64,000 bases of DNA from Macrostomum lignano (lineage: Eukaryota). This document shows positions 37,810 through 52,380 of the stretch, piece by piece. Location: assembly GCA_002269645.1 (NCBI GenBank), contig NIVC01003588.1, positions 1 through 64,000 of the forward strand, written 5' to 3'. The number at the start of each line of letters is the position of its first letter. Position 1 is the first letter of the stretch. A program made the translations under genes and the position numbers. The notes under the pieces were generated by a model that saw only the letters and a program-made list of their open reading frames with translations, made no database searches and had not been told where the DNA came from.

Positions 37810-40800
37810 GTGTGCTACTATGTGTGTCTATTTGGAGCTAGCTATAGTCTATGGCTGACTGTATGGGACTGTGTGTGTGCGTATTTGGAGCTGGCTATAG
37901 TCTATGGCTGACTGTATGGGACTGTGTGTGTGCGTATTTGGAGCTAGTTATAGTCTATGGCTGACTGTGTGGGACTGTGTGTGTGCGTATTTGGAGCTAG
38001 TTATAGTCTATGGCTGACTGTGTGGGACTGTGTGTGTGTCTATTTGGAGCTAGTTATAGTCTATGACTGACTGTGTGGGACTGTGTGTGTGCGTATTTGG
38101 AGCTAGTTATAGTCTATGACTGACTGTGTGGGACTGTGTGTGTGCGTATTTGGAGCTAGTTATAGTCTATGACTGACTGTGTGGGACTGTGTGTGTGCGT
38201 ATTTGGAGCTAGTTATAGTCTATGACTGACTGTGTGGGACTGTGTGTGTCTATTTGGAGCTAGTTATAGTCTATGGCTGACTGTGTGGGACTGTGTGTGT
38301 GTCTATTTGGAGCTAGTTATAGTCTATGGCTGACTGTGTGGGACTGTGTGTGTGTCTATTTGGAGCTAGTTATAGTCTATGGCTGACTGTGTGGGACTGT
38401 GTGTGTGCGTATTTGGAGCTAGTTATAGTCTATGACTGACTGTGTGGGACTGTGTGTGTCTATTTGGAGCTAGTTATAGTCTATGGCTGACTGTGTGGGA
38501 CTGTGTGTGTGTCTATTTGGAGCTAGTTATAGTCTATGGCTGACTGTGTGGGACTGTGTGTGTGTCTATTTGGAGCTAGTTATAGTCTATGGCTGACTGT
38601 GTGGGACTGTGTGTGTGCGTATTTGGAGCTAGTTATAGTCTATGGCTGACTGTGTGGGACTGTGTGTGTCTATTTGGAGCTAGTTATAGTCTATGGCTGA
38701 CTGTGTGGGACTGTGTGTGTGCGTATTTGGAGCTAGTTATAGTCTATGGCTGACTGTGTGGGACTGTGTGTGTCTATTTGGAGCTAGTTATAGTCTATGA
38801 CCGACTGTGTGGAACTGTGTGTGTGTCTATTTGGAGCTGGCTATAGTCTATGGCTGACTGTATGGGACTGTGTGTGTGTGTGTCTACTTGGAGCTGGCTA
38901 TAGTCTATGGCTGACTGTATGGGACAGCGTGTGTGTCTATTTGGAGCTAGCTATAGGCTATGGCTGACTGTATGGGACTGTGTCTATGTCTATTTGGAGC
39001 TAGTTATAGTCTATGGCTGACTGTATGGGACTGTGTGTGTGTCTATTTGGAGCTAGTTATAGTCTATGGCTGACTGTATGGGACAGTGTGTGTGTCTATT
39101 TGGAGCTAGCTATAGGCTATGGCTGACTGTATGGGACTGTGTGTGTGTCTATGTCTATTTGGAGCTAGCTATAGTCTATGGCTGACTGTATGGGACTGTG
39201 TGTGTGTCTATTTGGAGCTAGCTATAGTCTATGGCTGACTGTATGGGACTGTGTGTGTGTCTATTTGGAGCTAGCTATAGTCAATGACCGACTGTGTGGA
39301 ACTGTGTGTGTGTCTATTTGGAGCTAGCTATAGTCTATGGCTGACTGTATGGGACTGTGTGTGTGTCTATTTGGAGCTAGCTATAGTCAATGACCGACTG
39401 TGTGGAACTGTGTGTGTGTCTATTTGGAGCTAGCTATAGTCTATGGCTGACTGTATGGGACTGTGTGTGCGTGTCTTTTTGGAGCTAGTTATAGTCTATG
39501 GCTGACTGTATGGGACTGTGTGTGTGTCTATTTGGAGCTAGTTATAGTCTATGGCTGACTGTATGGGACAGTGTGTGTGTCTATTTGGAGCTAGCTATAG
39601 GCTATGGCTGACTGTATGGGACTGTGTGTGTGTCTATTTGGAGCTAGCTATAGGCTATGGCTGACTGTATGGGACTGTGTGTGTCTATTTGGAGCTAGCT
39701 ATAGGCTATGGCTGACTGTATGGGACTGTGTGTGTGTCTATTTGGAGCTAGCTATAGGCTATGGCTGACTGTATGGGACTGTGTGTGTGTCTATTTGGAG
39801 CTAGTTATAGTCTATGGCTGACTGTATGGGACTGTGTGTGTGTCTATTTGGAGCTAGTTATAGTCTATGGCTGACTGTATGGGACAGTGTGTGTGTCTAT
39901 TTGGAGCTAGCTAAAGGCTATGGCTGACTGTATGGGACTGTGTGTGTGTCTATGTCTATTTGGAGCTAGCTATAGTCTATGGCTGACTGTATGGGACTGT
40001 GTGTGTGTCTATTTGGAGCTAGCTATAGTCTATGGCTGACTGTATGGGACTGTGTGTGTGTCTATTTGGAGCTAGCTATAGTCAATGACCGACTGTGTGG
40101 AACTGTGTGTGTGTCTATTTGGAGCTAGCTATAGTCTATGGCTGACTGTATGGGACTGTGTGTGTGTCTATTTGGAGCTAGCTATAGTCAATGACCGACT
40201 GTGTGGAACTGTGTGTGTGTCTATTTGGAGCTGGCTATAGTCTATGGCTGACTGTATGGGACTGTGTGTGTGTCTTTTTGGAGCTAGTTATAGTCTATGG
40301 CTGACTGTATGGGACTGTGTGTGTGCCTATTTGGAGCTAGTTATAGTCTATGGCTGACTGTATGGGACAGTGTGTGTGTCTATTTGGAGCTAGCTATAGG
40401 CTATGGCTGACTGTATGGGACTGTGTGTGTGTCTATTTGGAGCTAGTTATAGTCTATGGCTGACTGTATGGGACAGTGTGTGTGTCTATTTGGAGCTAGC
40501 TATAGGCTATGGCTGACTGTATGGGACTGTGTGTGTGTCTATTTGGAGCTAGCTATAGGCTATGGCTGACTGTATGGGACTGTGTGTGTCTATTTGGAGC
40601 TAGTTATAGTCTATGGCTGACTGTATGGGACAGTGTGTGTGTCTATTTGGAGCTAGCTATAGGCTATGGCTGACTGTATGGGACTGTGTGTGTGTCTATT
40701 TGGAGCTAGCTATAGGCTATGGCTGACTGTATGGGACTGTGTGTGTCTATTTGGAGCTAGCTATAGGCTATGGCTGACTGTATGGGACTGTGTGTGTGTC

Positions 40801-43800
40801 TATTTGGAGCTAGCTATAGGCTATGGCTGACTGTATGGGACTGTGTGTGTGTCTATTTGGAGCTAGCTATAGGCTATGGCTGACTGTATGGGACTGTGTG
40901 TGTGCCTATTTGGAGCTAGTTATAGTCTATGGCTGACTGTATGGGACAGTGTGTGTGTCTATTTGGAGCTAGCTATAGGCTATGGCTGACTGTATGGGAC
41001 TGTGTGTGTGTCTATTTGGAGCTAGCTATAGGCTATGGCTGACTGTATGGGACTGTGTGTGTCTATTTGGAGCTAGCTATAGGCTATGGCTGACTGTATG
41101 GGACTGTGTGTGTGTCTATGTCTATTTGGAGCTAGTTATAGTCTATGGCTGACTGTATGGGACTGTGTGTGTGTCTATTTGGAGCTAGTTATAGTCTATG
41201 GCTGACTGTATGGGACTGTGTGTGTGTCTATTTGGAGCTATCTATAGGCCATGGCTGACTGTATGGGACTGTGTGTGTGTCTTTTTGGAGCTAGCTATAG
41301 GCTATGGCTGACTGTATGGGACTGTGTGTGTGTCTTTTTGGAGCTAGCTATAGGCTATGGCTGACTGTATGGGACTGTGTGTGTGTCTATGTCTATTTGG
41401 AGCTAGCTATAGTCTATGGCTGACTGTATGGGACTGTGTGTGTGTGTGTCTACTTGGAGCTGGCTATAGTCTATGGCTGACTGTATGGGACTGTGTCTAT
41501 GTCTATTTGGAGCTAGTTATAGTCTATGGCTGACTGTATGGGACTGTGTGTGTGTCTATTTGGAGCTAGTTATAGTCTATGGCTGACTGTATGGGACAGT
41601 GTGTGTGTCTATTTGGAGCTAGCTATAGGCTATGGCTGACTGTATGGGACTGTGTGTGTGTCTATGTCTATTTGGAGCTAGCTATAGTCTATGGCTGACT
41701 GTATGGGACTGTGTGTGTGTCTATTTGGAGCTAGCTATAGTCTATGGCTGACTGTATGGGACTGTGTGTGTGTCTATTTGGAGCTAGCTATAGTCATGGC
41801 TGACTGTGTGGACTGTGTGTGTGTCTATTTGGAGCTGCTATAGTCTATGGCTGACTGTATGGGACTGTGTGTGTGTCTTTTGGAGCTAGTTATAGTCTAT
41901 GGCTGACTGTATGGGACTGTGTGTGTGTCTATTTGGAGCTAGTTATAGTCTATGGCTGACTGTATGGGACTGTGTGTGTGTCTATTTGGAGCTAGCTATA
42001 GGCTATGGCTGACTGTATGGGACTGTGTGTGTGTCTATTTGGAGCTAGCTCTAGGCTATGGCTGACTGTATGGGACTGTGTGTGTCTATTTGGAGCTAGC
42101 TATAGGCTATGGCTGACTGTATGGGACTGTGTGTGTGTCTATTTGGAGCTAGCTATAGGCTATGGCTGACTGTATGGGACTGTGTGTGTGTCTATGTCTA
42201 TTTGGAGCTAGTTATAGTCTATGGCTGACTGTATGGGACTGTGTGTGTGTCTATTTGGAGCTAGTTATAGTCTATGGCTGACTGTATGGGACTGTGTGTG
42301 TGTCTATTTGGAGCTATCTATAGGCCATGGCTGACTGTATGGGACTGTGTGTGTGTCTTTTTGGAGCTAGCTATAGGCTATGGCTGACTGTATGGGACTG
42401 TGTGTGTGTCTATTTGGAGCTAGCTATAGTCAATGACCGACTGTGTGGAACTGTGTGTGTGTCTATTTGGAGCTAGCTATAGGCTATGGCTGACTGTATG
42501 GGACTGTGTCTATGTCTATTTGGAGCTAGTTATAGTCTATGGCTGACTGTATGGGACTGTGTGTGTGTCTATTTGGAGCTAGTATAGTCTATGGCTGACT
42601 GTATGGGACAGTGTGTGTGTCTATTTGGAGCTAGCTATAGGCTATGGCTGACTGTATGGGACTGTGTGTGTGTCTATGTCTATTTGGAGCTAGCTATAGT
42701 CTATGGCTGACTGTATGGGACAGTGTGTGTGTCTATTTGGAGCTAGCTATAGTCTATGGCTGACTGTATGGGACTGTGTGTGTGTCTATTTGGAGCTAGC
42801 TATAGTCAATGACCGACTGTGTGGAACTGTGTGTGTGTCTATTTGGAGCTAGCTATAGTCTATGGCTGACTGTATGGGACTGTGTGTGTGTCTATTTGGA
42901 GCTAGCTATAGTCAATGCTGACTGTGTGGAACTGTGTGTGTGTCTATTTGGAGCTGGCTATAGTCTATGGCTGACTGTATGGGACTGTGTGTGTGTCTTT
43001 TTGGAGCTAGTTATAGTCTATGGCTGACTGTATGGGACTGTGTGTGTGTCTATTTGGAGCTAGTTATAGTCTATGGCTGACTGTATGGGACAGTGTGTGT
43101 GTCTATTTGGAGCTAGCTATAGGCTATGGCTGACTGTATGGGACTGTGTGTGTGTCTATTTGGAGCTAGCTATAGGCTATGGCTGACTGTATGGGACTGT
43201 GTGTGTCTATTTGGAGCTAGTTATAGTCTATGGCTGACTGTATGGGACAGTGTGTGTGTCTATTTGGAGCTAGCTATAGGCTATGGCTGACTGTATGGGA
43301 CTGTGTGTGTGTCTATTTGGAGCTAGCTATAGGCTATGGCTGACTGTATGGGACTGTGTGTGTCTATTTGGAGCTAGCTATAGGCTATGGCTGACTGTAT
43401 GGGACTGTGTGTGTGTCTATTTGGAGCTAGCTATAGGCTATGGCTGACTGTATGGGACTGTGTGTGTGTCTATTTGGAGCTAGCTATAGGCTATGGCTGA
43501 CTGTATGGGACTGTGTGTGTGTCTATGTCTATTTGGAGCTAGTTATAGTCTATGGCTGACTGTATGGGACTGTGTGTGTGTCTATTTGGAGCTAGTTATA
43601 GTCTATGGCTGACTGTATGGGACTGTGTGTGTGTCTATTTGGAGCTATCTATAGGCCATGGCTGACTGTATGGGACTGTGTGTGTGTCTTTTTGGAGCTA
43701 GCTATAGGCTATGGCTGACTGTATGGGACTGTGTGTGTGTCTTTTTGGAGCTAGCTATAGGCTATGGCTGACTGTATGGGACTGTGTGTGTGTCTATGTC

Positions 43801-45012
43801 TATTTGGAGCTAGCTATAGTCTATGGCTGACTGTATGGGACTGTGTGTGTGTGTCTTGGAGCTGGCTATAGTCTATGGCTGACTGTATGGGACAGCGTGT
43901 GTGTCTATTTGGAGCTAGCTATAGGCTATGGCTGACTGTATGGGACTGTGTCTATGTCTATTTGGAGCTAGTTATAGTCTATGGCTGACTGTATGGGACT
44001 GTGTGTGTGTCTATTTGGAGCTAGTTATAGTCTATGGCTGACTGTATGGGACAGTGTGTGTGTGTCTATTTGGAGCTAGCTATAGGCTATGGCTGACTGT
44101 ATGGGACTGTGTGTGTGTCTATGTCTATTTGGAGCTAGCTATAGTCTATGGCTGACTGTATGGGACTGTGTGTGTGTCTATTTGGAGCTAGCTATAGTCA
44201 ATGACCGACTGTGTGGAACTGTGTGTGTGTCTATTTGGAGCTAGCTATAGTCTATGGCTGACTGTATGGGACTGTGTGTGTGTCTATTTGGAGCTAGCTA
44301 TAGTCAATGACCGACTGTGTGGAACTGTGTGTGTGTCTATTTGGAGCTGGCTATAGTCTATGGCTGACTGTATGGGACTGTGTGTGTGTCTTTTGGAGCT
44401 AGTTATAGTCTATGGCTGACTGTATGGGACTGTGTGTGTGTCTATTTGGAGCTAGTTATAGTCTATGGCTGACTGTATGGGACAGTGTGTGTGTCTATTT
44501 GGAGCTAGCTATAGGCTATGGCTGACTGTATGGGACTGTGTGTGTGTCTATTTGGAGCTAGCTATAGGCTATGGCTGACTGTATGGGACTGTGTGTGTCT
44601 ATTTGGAGCTAGCTATAGTCTATGGCTGACTGTATGGGACTGTGTGTGTGTCTATTTGGAGCTAGCTATAGGCTATGTCTGACTGTATGGGACTGTGTGT
44701 GTGTCTATGTCTATTTGGAGCTAGTTATAGTCTATGGCTGACTGTATGGGACTGTGTGTGTGTCTATTTGGAGCTAGTTATAGTCTATGGCTGACTGTAT
44801 GGGACTGTGTGTGTGTCTATTTGGAGCTATCTATAGGCCATGGCTGACTGTATGGGACTGTGTGTGTGTCTTTTTGGAGCTAGCTATAGGCTATGGCTGA
44901 CTGTATGGGACTGTGTGTGTGTCTTTTTGGAGCTAGCTATAGGCTATGGCTGACTGTATGGGACTGTGTGTGTGTCTATGTCTATTTGGAGCTAGCTATA
45001 GTCTATGGCTGA
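37810..45012. repeat. 7.2-kb satellite of ~53-bp units (TATTTGGAGCTAGCTATAGTCTATGGCTGACTGTATGGGACTGTGTGTGTGTC) with a variable (GT)n
   Basis: Direct periodicity, ~135 units. Confidence 0.98.
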
Positions 45013-45727
45013 CTTGCCCAGATTGAAAAAAAAATCACTCCACAGATTGACAGAAGTCGGGAGAAAGATACACGGGGGGAGAGATGTGTCCTGGCTACTG
45101 CGGGATTGGTCTCCAATATTCGTGAAATGTAAGAAGCGACAGTGTCTGGCGACTGGGTCAGCGCCTGTTTTACAGCCGCCCAGGCAACGATACGGGCTCG
45201 AATATCTATCCGTCTTCCGCCTTTGCCTTTTAGTTGCTTCTCTTCTTCCAGCGTGTCTGGAAGGCCGCTCCCCCTCATTTGCTTGTAGTCTCTTCTAGGA
45301 GGGATCCTATAAAAGAGAGGGTCGAAGCAGAGGAGGGCTCGGGCAGAGTCAGGAGGGGAGGAGAAGCGAATTACGCCAGCCGGAAAGTAAAAGTGCAGAC
45401 AGTCGGTTCATGGGGGGGGGTCGCGCACACATATGGCAGTAGTATGCACCAGTGAAACCACCCCCCCTCTCATGCATTTATTTATTTGCCCATTTCTCTG
45501 GGGAATTCGGAACGGAATATTTTGGTGCGAGGATAAGAGCGGTTTTGAATTTAAGCCGGAAGAAAGGCAGCCTTATTACAAGGAATATTTGCAATAACTA
45601 TAGCAATGTAATGCTTGAAATCTGGTTCTAGAAGCAAACTATTAATTTGAAAGGGCATTGTTTTTACAGTTATATGAGTCAATAAATGAATCCAGTCTGT
45701 TTTTGATGGGTTATTTCATGATTTATT

Positions 45728-46142
45728 CAGTGTGTGTTTGATAAGAGCTTGATTCACCCACTGTGTGTTTGATAAGAGCTTGATTCACCCAGTGTGTGTT
45801 TGATAAGAGCTTGATTCACCCAGTGTGTGTTTGATAAGAGCTTGATTCACACACTGTGTGTTTGATAAGAGCTTGATTCACCCACTGTGTGTTTGATAAG
45901 AGCTTGATTCACCCACTGTGTGTTTGATAAGAGCTTGATTCACTCAGTGTGTGTTTGATAAGAGCTTGATTCACTCAGTGTGTGTTTGATAAGAGCTTGA
46001 TTCACTCAGTGTGTGTTTGATAAGAGCTTGATTCACTCAGTGTGTGTTTGATAAGAGCTTGATTCACCCACTGTGTGTTTGATAAGAGCTTGATTCACCC
46101 ACTGTGTGTTTGATAAGAGCTTGATTCACCCACTGTGTTTGA
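45728..46142. repeat. 31-bp minisatellite (TGTGTGTTTGATAAGAGCTTGATTCACCCAC)
   Basis: Direct periodicity. Confidence 0.96.
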
Positions 46143-46632
46143 TATGATATAAAGCCACTAATATTTGTGGACAATTCACACATTTAGATGACTTACACTA
46201 ACTATTTTTGCCAGAAGTTCTTAATAATAGTCTGGAATTAGGCATAGGCCTTGCTGTGTTGCCTGTCTTCATGCACAGCTCCTATAGTGCGCGCCCCCTG
46301 CCTATCTGTGTGTTTGTTTGAACAGTGAGGCCACACATTGATAGCACCGTTATGCTTACAAAATGAGCAGACAATATCTGCTGATGGTAGCTTTGCCTGC
46401 CTCTTAGATTCTATCGGTATTCAGCTTTCGCCAAGTTTAGCTACAATTTATCAATCTGTGTAGCTAGCCTGTGTCTTCCGTATGATTACCATCTAAGGAG
46501 ATGCATCCAAGAAGATATTAAATTAGCTGGCTCTCTAGTTCCAAACAGACAGGCGCGAAAAAATTCATTTAACAAGCTGTGGCTTGCATGTGCGGTGCTT
46601 CATTCATTTCGGCTGAACTGTTCAACCTGGAC

Positions 46633-46665
46633 CAGGGGGGTCCGCAAACTCCGGCCCTCGGGTCC
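46633..46665 (+). mobile_element. Solo hAT/Charlie-like terminus (CAGGGGGGTCCGCAAACTCCGGCCCTCGGG)
   Basis: Resembles the CAGGGGT..GCAAAC..CGGCCC terminal pattern of hAT-Charlie elements; no partner TIR seen. Confidence 0.35.
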
Positions 46666-46699
46666 TTTGAAACTTCACAATCCGGGCCGCTTAGGGTTT

Positions 46700-47185
<486 letters not shown>

Positions 47186-47605
47186 ACTCCCTTGAGGCAG
47201 CCGCCCTGACTTTAGCCGCATTTCTACATGCAAGCCAGATTAAAAAGAAGATAACTGTCCCAGTTTGAATGTTATTATTCATAATTTTAGCTTTTCTTCA
47301 AGCAGGCTTCAGCTTGTATAAGAGTACAATAAGAACAACTTGATAGGCTGTCTGCTTTCTTTCCCGTCTGGCTTCCTGTCTGGCTTCTGGCAGGAAAATT
47401 TCTGCTTCAAGTTCAACTGTTGCTTTGAAAAAAGGGTGCCGCCAGAAAAAAACTCGCATCTGGCGGCGGCATTAGCGATTGAAGTACACGAGCCATTTTA
47501 TTTCTAGGAAAGTCTTCACTGCCGCTTCTCGGTGCATGACTCGCTCTGTCTATCATTCTGCTGGAATAGACATCGTGCCGATCTCAGTCTCCCATGCCGC
47601 TTGCT

Positions 47606-47745
47606 GGCCATCAGGGCCAGCCCCCAAGGCACAGAGGGTGTACATGCCTGACGATTGGACAGTCAGGGCCGCTGTACACCCTGTGTGAGCGTGTCTGAGT
47701 ACAGTATTGGCGCGCCTGCATTGTGCTCAGGAGTCAGAGGAACGG
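47606..47745 (+). mobile_element. Dispersed repeat copy C; an inverted partial copy lies at 48243-48282
   Basis: CAGGGCCAGCCCCCAAGGCACAGAGGGTGTACATGCCTGACGAT..TCAGGGCCGCTGTACACCCTGTGTGAG. Confidence 0.7.
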
Positions 47746-48399
47746 GCAGAACTGCCGCCAGAGCTGGTTGCATGAAAAGGAGTTGGCTAGTAGTGAGGGT
47801 CGGGTCAGGAAGACCAGTTGAAACGCAGTCCGCAGTTCAGGAAGGAGCGGATTAATCAGTGAATTAGGCAGTAGCTGTGAATCCCAGTTGGCCAGAAGTG
47901 GCTCAAGCTTAAGGTCTGAGTGGATGGGGAATCCTCGCTCAAAGAAAGCCTCAAGTGTCCCATTGAGCACTGCGGGCCTTGATCGGAATTGGGAAGCGGG
48001 AGAGAGCCGCTTGGTGATTAATGACAGGGAATTTATTCTCTAAGATTGCCCGCCGTTGTGCAGATGAGGCCTGAGCGGCAACCGAAAAAAGGAGTGCCTG
48101 CTGTCAGTGGGAAATGGGAGAATTCAATTTGGAAATCTTAATCCAGCATCTTGCACTCAATGCTTTCTTCATCTCTCGACCTGCTAAAACAGACCATACT
48201 TGATGGGGTCTTCGGGCCCGCAGCCATGCCCGTTCCGCTGATCCCTGAGCACGAGCTCACACAGGGTGCACAGCAGCCGTTAATCGCTGAGCTGGATAAC
48301 ACTTGAATGCTGATTTTTATTACCTTAATGGTTTGCTTATGAGCCGTCATAATCTAGCGATCACGTGACCTGTGCGCGCACTGATTGGCAGGCGTCCGA

Positions 48400-49065
48400 A
48401 TGGATCCCACCGACCTGTCCGCCTGGCTGTCCGATGCCTGCAGCCTCCGCCAGGCTGCTGCCTCGACCTCCAACGTCAGCGCCGCGACCGCCGTCTGCGA
48501 CGACGAATCAGGAGCTTCAGTTGCTGGCACTGCCGCGGCCGCCACCGAGGCAGCCGCGGATGCGCAGCAGCGGCACAGCGCTGAGCTGCTCCGCGCCTCC
48601 CAGGACGCCGAGACCTGCGCCAGGCTGCGCTCCGACGATGCAGCTTTCGAATCGGCCGCTGAGCTGCTCTACGGCGACGGCGACGGCGGCGAGCAGGCCG
48701 AAGGCGAAGCCGCCGTCGACTGTCCCAGTCCGCACTGGCACCTGCCCAGGCTGTCCGTGCGGCGACGGGCGGCAGCCGCGCTGCGCAACCTGGCGCGCGC
48801 ACCTGGCGCGGATCCGCGCGAGAGGCGGCTGCTGCGCCAGCTGGACCGGGTCCGCCTGCACTGCGACTGCGCGCGAGCCGCCCTGTGCCGCTGCGGCGCC
48901 CTGCCCCGGGGCCAGCCGGCCGACGCTGCTGTAGCGCTTGAGCGCTGCACCGAGGCCGCCGCCACGCTGCTGCAGCTGTCCTACTCGCCTGCCGAGCAGC
49001 GGCTGCTGGCACGGCTGGGCGGAGTCGAATGTCTGGCCGACCTGCTGCTGGCCGACTGCTGCCAG
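48400..49065 (+). CDS. APC: APC homologue exon 1 (pre-ARM region and first ARM repeats)
   Basis: RRRAAAALRNL, RERRLLRQLDRVRLHCD and ATLLQLSYSPAEQRLLARLGGVECLADLL parallel the APC N-terminal ARM region; 222 codons, donor GTCTGT at 49066. An upstream exon cannot be excluded (AG at 48390-91). Confidence 0.88.
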
Positions 49066-49410
<345 letters not shown>

Positions 49411-49874
49411 ACTCAGTAGCTACAGTACCATACGTCCAATAAACAGCAAAGTATCATTCGTCATCCAAAAGCTATGCAAATTTGACTAAGTCAATATGCG
49501 CAGAACTCTGTGGTCAGACAGGGGCGCCCCAGCCGACCTGTAGCGATACATTTCGGGTTAAATTTTTCAATTTTATTTAGTCAAAACTGCGCTGACTGAA
49601 CCCTCCATGACTGAGGCAAAAGAGTTCAGCTTAGCCCAGCTTTATGGCCTGCGGTGGCATTTCAAATTTGACGCCGCCAATGGGCTGAATAGAAGTTCAA
49701 ATTGCATTTCATTCCACTGACAGGCAGACAGGCACTGTGGCCCGGCTAATCTGAAATACGGCACTCGCAGCTTAGAGTAAGGGAAATCTTTTAGAGGCAA
49801 AATTAATATTTATTTTTTTTTTAAATTAATTTAGCAGCAGCTGGCTAGGTGGAAAAAACAAAGTCTTTTTGGTA

Positions 49875-50332
49875 GGGTAACTGAATGAAGGTGCGCGTTG
49901 CTAAGGTAACTGAATAAAGATACGCGTTGCTCAGGTGACTGAATGAAGGTACGCGTTGCTAAGGTGATGATTTTATAAGCGTTGCTAAGGTAATCCAATC
50001 GAGGTACACGTTTCTAAGGTAACTGAATATAGGTACGCGTTTCTAAGGTAACTGAATATAGGTACGCGTTTCTAAGGTAACTGAATATAGGTACGCGTTG
50101 CTACGGTGACTAAATTAAGGTACGCGTTGCTATGGTGATTAAATCAAGGTACGCGTTGCTAATGTGATGATTTTATAAGCGTTGCTAAGGTGACTAAATT
50201 AAGGTACGCGTTGCTAAGGTGACTGAATGAAGGTACGCGTTGCTAATGTGATGATTTTATAAGCGTTGCTAAGGTGACTAAATGAAGGTACGCGTTGCTA
50301 AGGTGACTGAATGAAGGTACGCGTTGCTAAGG
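49875..50332. repeat. ~29-bp minisatellite (AGGTACGCGTTGCTAAGGTGACTGAATGA) in APC intron 1
   Basis: Periodic with variants; ends ~25 bp before the acceptor. Confidence 0.92.
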
Positions 50333-50357
50333 GGAAACGAAAATTGCAAATCTGCAG

Positions 50358-52380
50358 TCCGGCCGCAGCCCGACACCTTCAAGCCGATTCCTGCGCCGCT
50401 GCGCCGTCTGCGCCCTCACCAACCTGACCTACGGCGACTCGACTAGCAAGCGTCGCCTCTGCCACCGCGCCCCCGCCCTGCGCTGCCTCGCCGACCAGCT
50501 GCTGTCGCCGCCGGCCGACGCGGAGCTCTGCCAGGCCGCCGCCGCCCTGCTGCGCAACCTCAGCTGGCAGGCCGAGCCCGCCTGTCGCCGAGCTCTCTGC
50601 CGGGTTGGAGCCGCGGCCACTCTGGCCGACGCCGTGGTGCGCGCTGCCGGCGCCAACGATGAAGCTACGCTGCGCAGCCTCCTGTCGGCGCTGTGGAATC
50701 TTACCGCCAATTCGCCCGCCGACCAACGCGCCGTCTGCGACGTGCCCGACGCCATCGGCTGCCTCTGCCGCTGCTTGGCCGGCGCCGACGCCCTGGCCGA
50801 GTCGGCCGGTGGCGTCCTCAGGAACCTCGGCCAGGCCGTGGCCGCGTCCGAGCACCTGCGCTCCGCAGTCCGGCCAGCCCTGCCGCTGCTACTTCGCCAC
50901 CTGCGCGAGGCCTCCCCAACCATCGTCGCCAACGCCTGCGCCCTCCTACGCTGCCTGAGCGCCGGCCACCCCGACGATGCCCGCCTGCTGTGCCACCTGG
51001 GCGCCGAGCCGCTACTGCGCCGCCTGCTCCGCTCGCGCCACCGGGTCATCGTCGACGCCTGCGCCGCAGCGCTGGCCAATCTGGCGTCGTTTGGCGGCGC
51101 CGGAGCTTTCGCAACATCGACTCGCGCCGGCTGCAGCCTCGACAACGTCGGTAGAAGCCTCAGCAACTTTGCCGCCACCGACTATGCCAGCCTGCCGAGA
51201 CTGCGCCGGCCGACCAGGGAGCCGGCGAGGCTGCCGCAGCAGCAGCAGCGCCCTGCCGATGACGGCAGTGTGGATCCGCTGTGGACTACAATGTCCTTCC
51301 CAATGCCGCATGTCGGAACCAGCGGAATCGGCTGCAGTGCCGGCTGCGGCTTCGGTGCGATGGCGCTGTCTGGCCACTGGGACCGGCACGGCCGAGTGGA
51401 GCGGGACCTGTACCCGCTTCTAGAGGAGACTCCGCCTCAGCCGCCTCAGCCGCCTCAGCCGCCCCCAGCCTCAGCCGCTGCAGAAAAATCCAATCCCGCC
51501 TCGGCCGCCTCATCAGCGCACGAAGTCGAGCTCAGTGACGTCAGCAGCGCCTCGCTCTCCTCGGTGCTGGAGATCGACGCTGCCGGGATGCTTCGCGACG
51601 AGTTCGCCGCGGCGGTGGTCAACGCCGACACAGATTTGGACGACAGCTGCTGCGAGGAGGACGGAGACTGTTGTGACAGCAGCTCCGGAGCGACCGCGGT
51701 CGCAGCAACAGCCGCTCAGCCTCCGCCGCCGACCCAGCCGCGCCCTCAAGCTTCGTCATCGATTCCAGTCCGTCCGGGATCCATCAGCCAGCTTCCCCGC
51801 CTGGCCCGCCCAGCTGCATCGGCAGGCGGCAACAGCAGCAGACTTGGCACCGTACGCAGCGGCTATTCAACTCTGCAGCCGCTCAGGCGTCGCCGAGATC
51901 TTCAGCAGCGGCAGCAACAGCAGCAGCAGTCTGGTGGCGTTCCTCTTGAAGTCAACAGTCTCCCCCGGCGACCCCAGCGTCGCTGCTCTGATGCAGCCGC
52001 TGCCGCCGCTGTCGATGACCACCGGATGTCGCCGCAGCAGCAGCAGTTGGGAACTGCGACACCCCCGGGGCAGACCAGGCTCCCGGTGCCATGGTCGGCG
52101 CCTCCCCGGTCCGCGCCAGCGAAAGCCAAGCCGCTTGGCGTCGTCGCTCCGACCATCATCCGTCCTCCTGCGCTGCCGCCGCAGTCGCAGCAGTCGCAGC
52201 AGTCTCTGGCCCAGACTCTGCCGCACTGCCGTCTGTCCTCGCTGTCGAAGGACTCCGGCTACGCCGATTCGATGTTGAGCAGCTCGGCGTCTCAGACGCC
52301 AATCGGCAGCGACGAGAAGTCCGGCGCCGCTGTGGCAGCAGCTCCGAATTTGGCGCGTCGATCGAGCAGCGGCATTCCAG
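50358..52380 (+). CDS. APC: APC homologue exon 2 (ARM repeats plus a disordered Ser/Pro/Gln-rich tail)
   Basis: CALTNLTYGD, LLRNLSWQA, LRSLLSALWNL and ESAGGVLRNL match APC ARM signatures; acceptor ctgcAG, phase 0; donor GTGGGG at 52381, phase 1. Confidence 0.93.
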
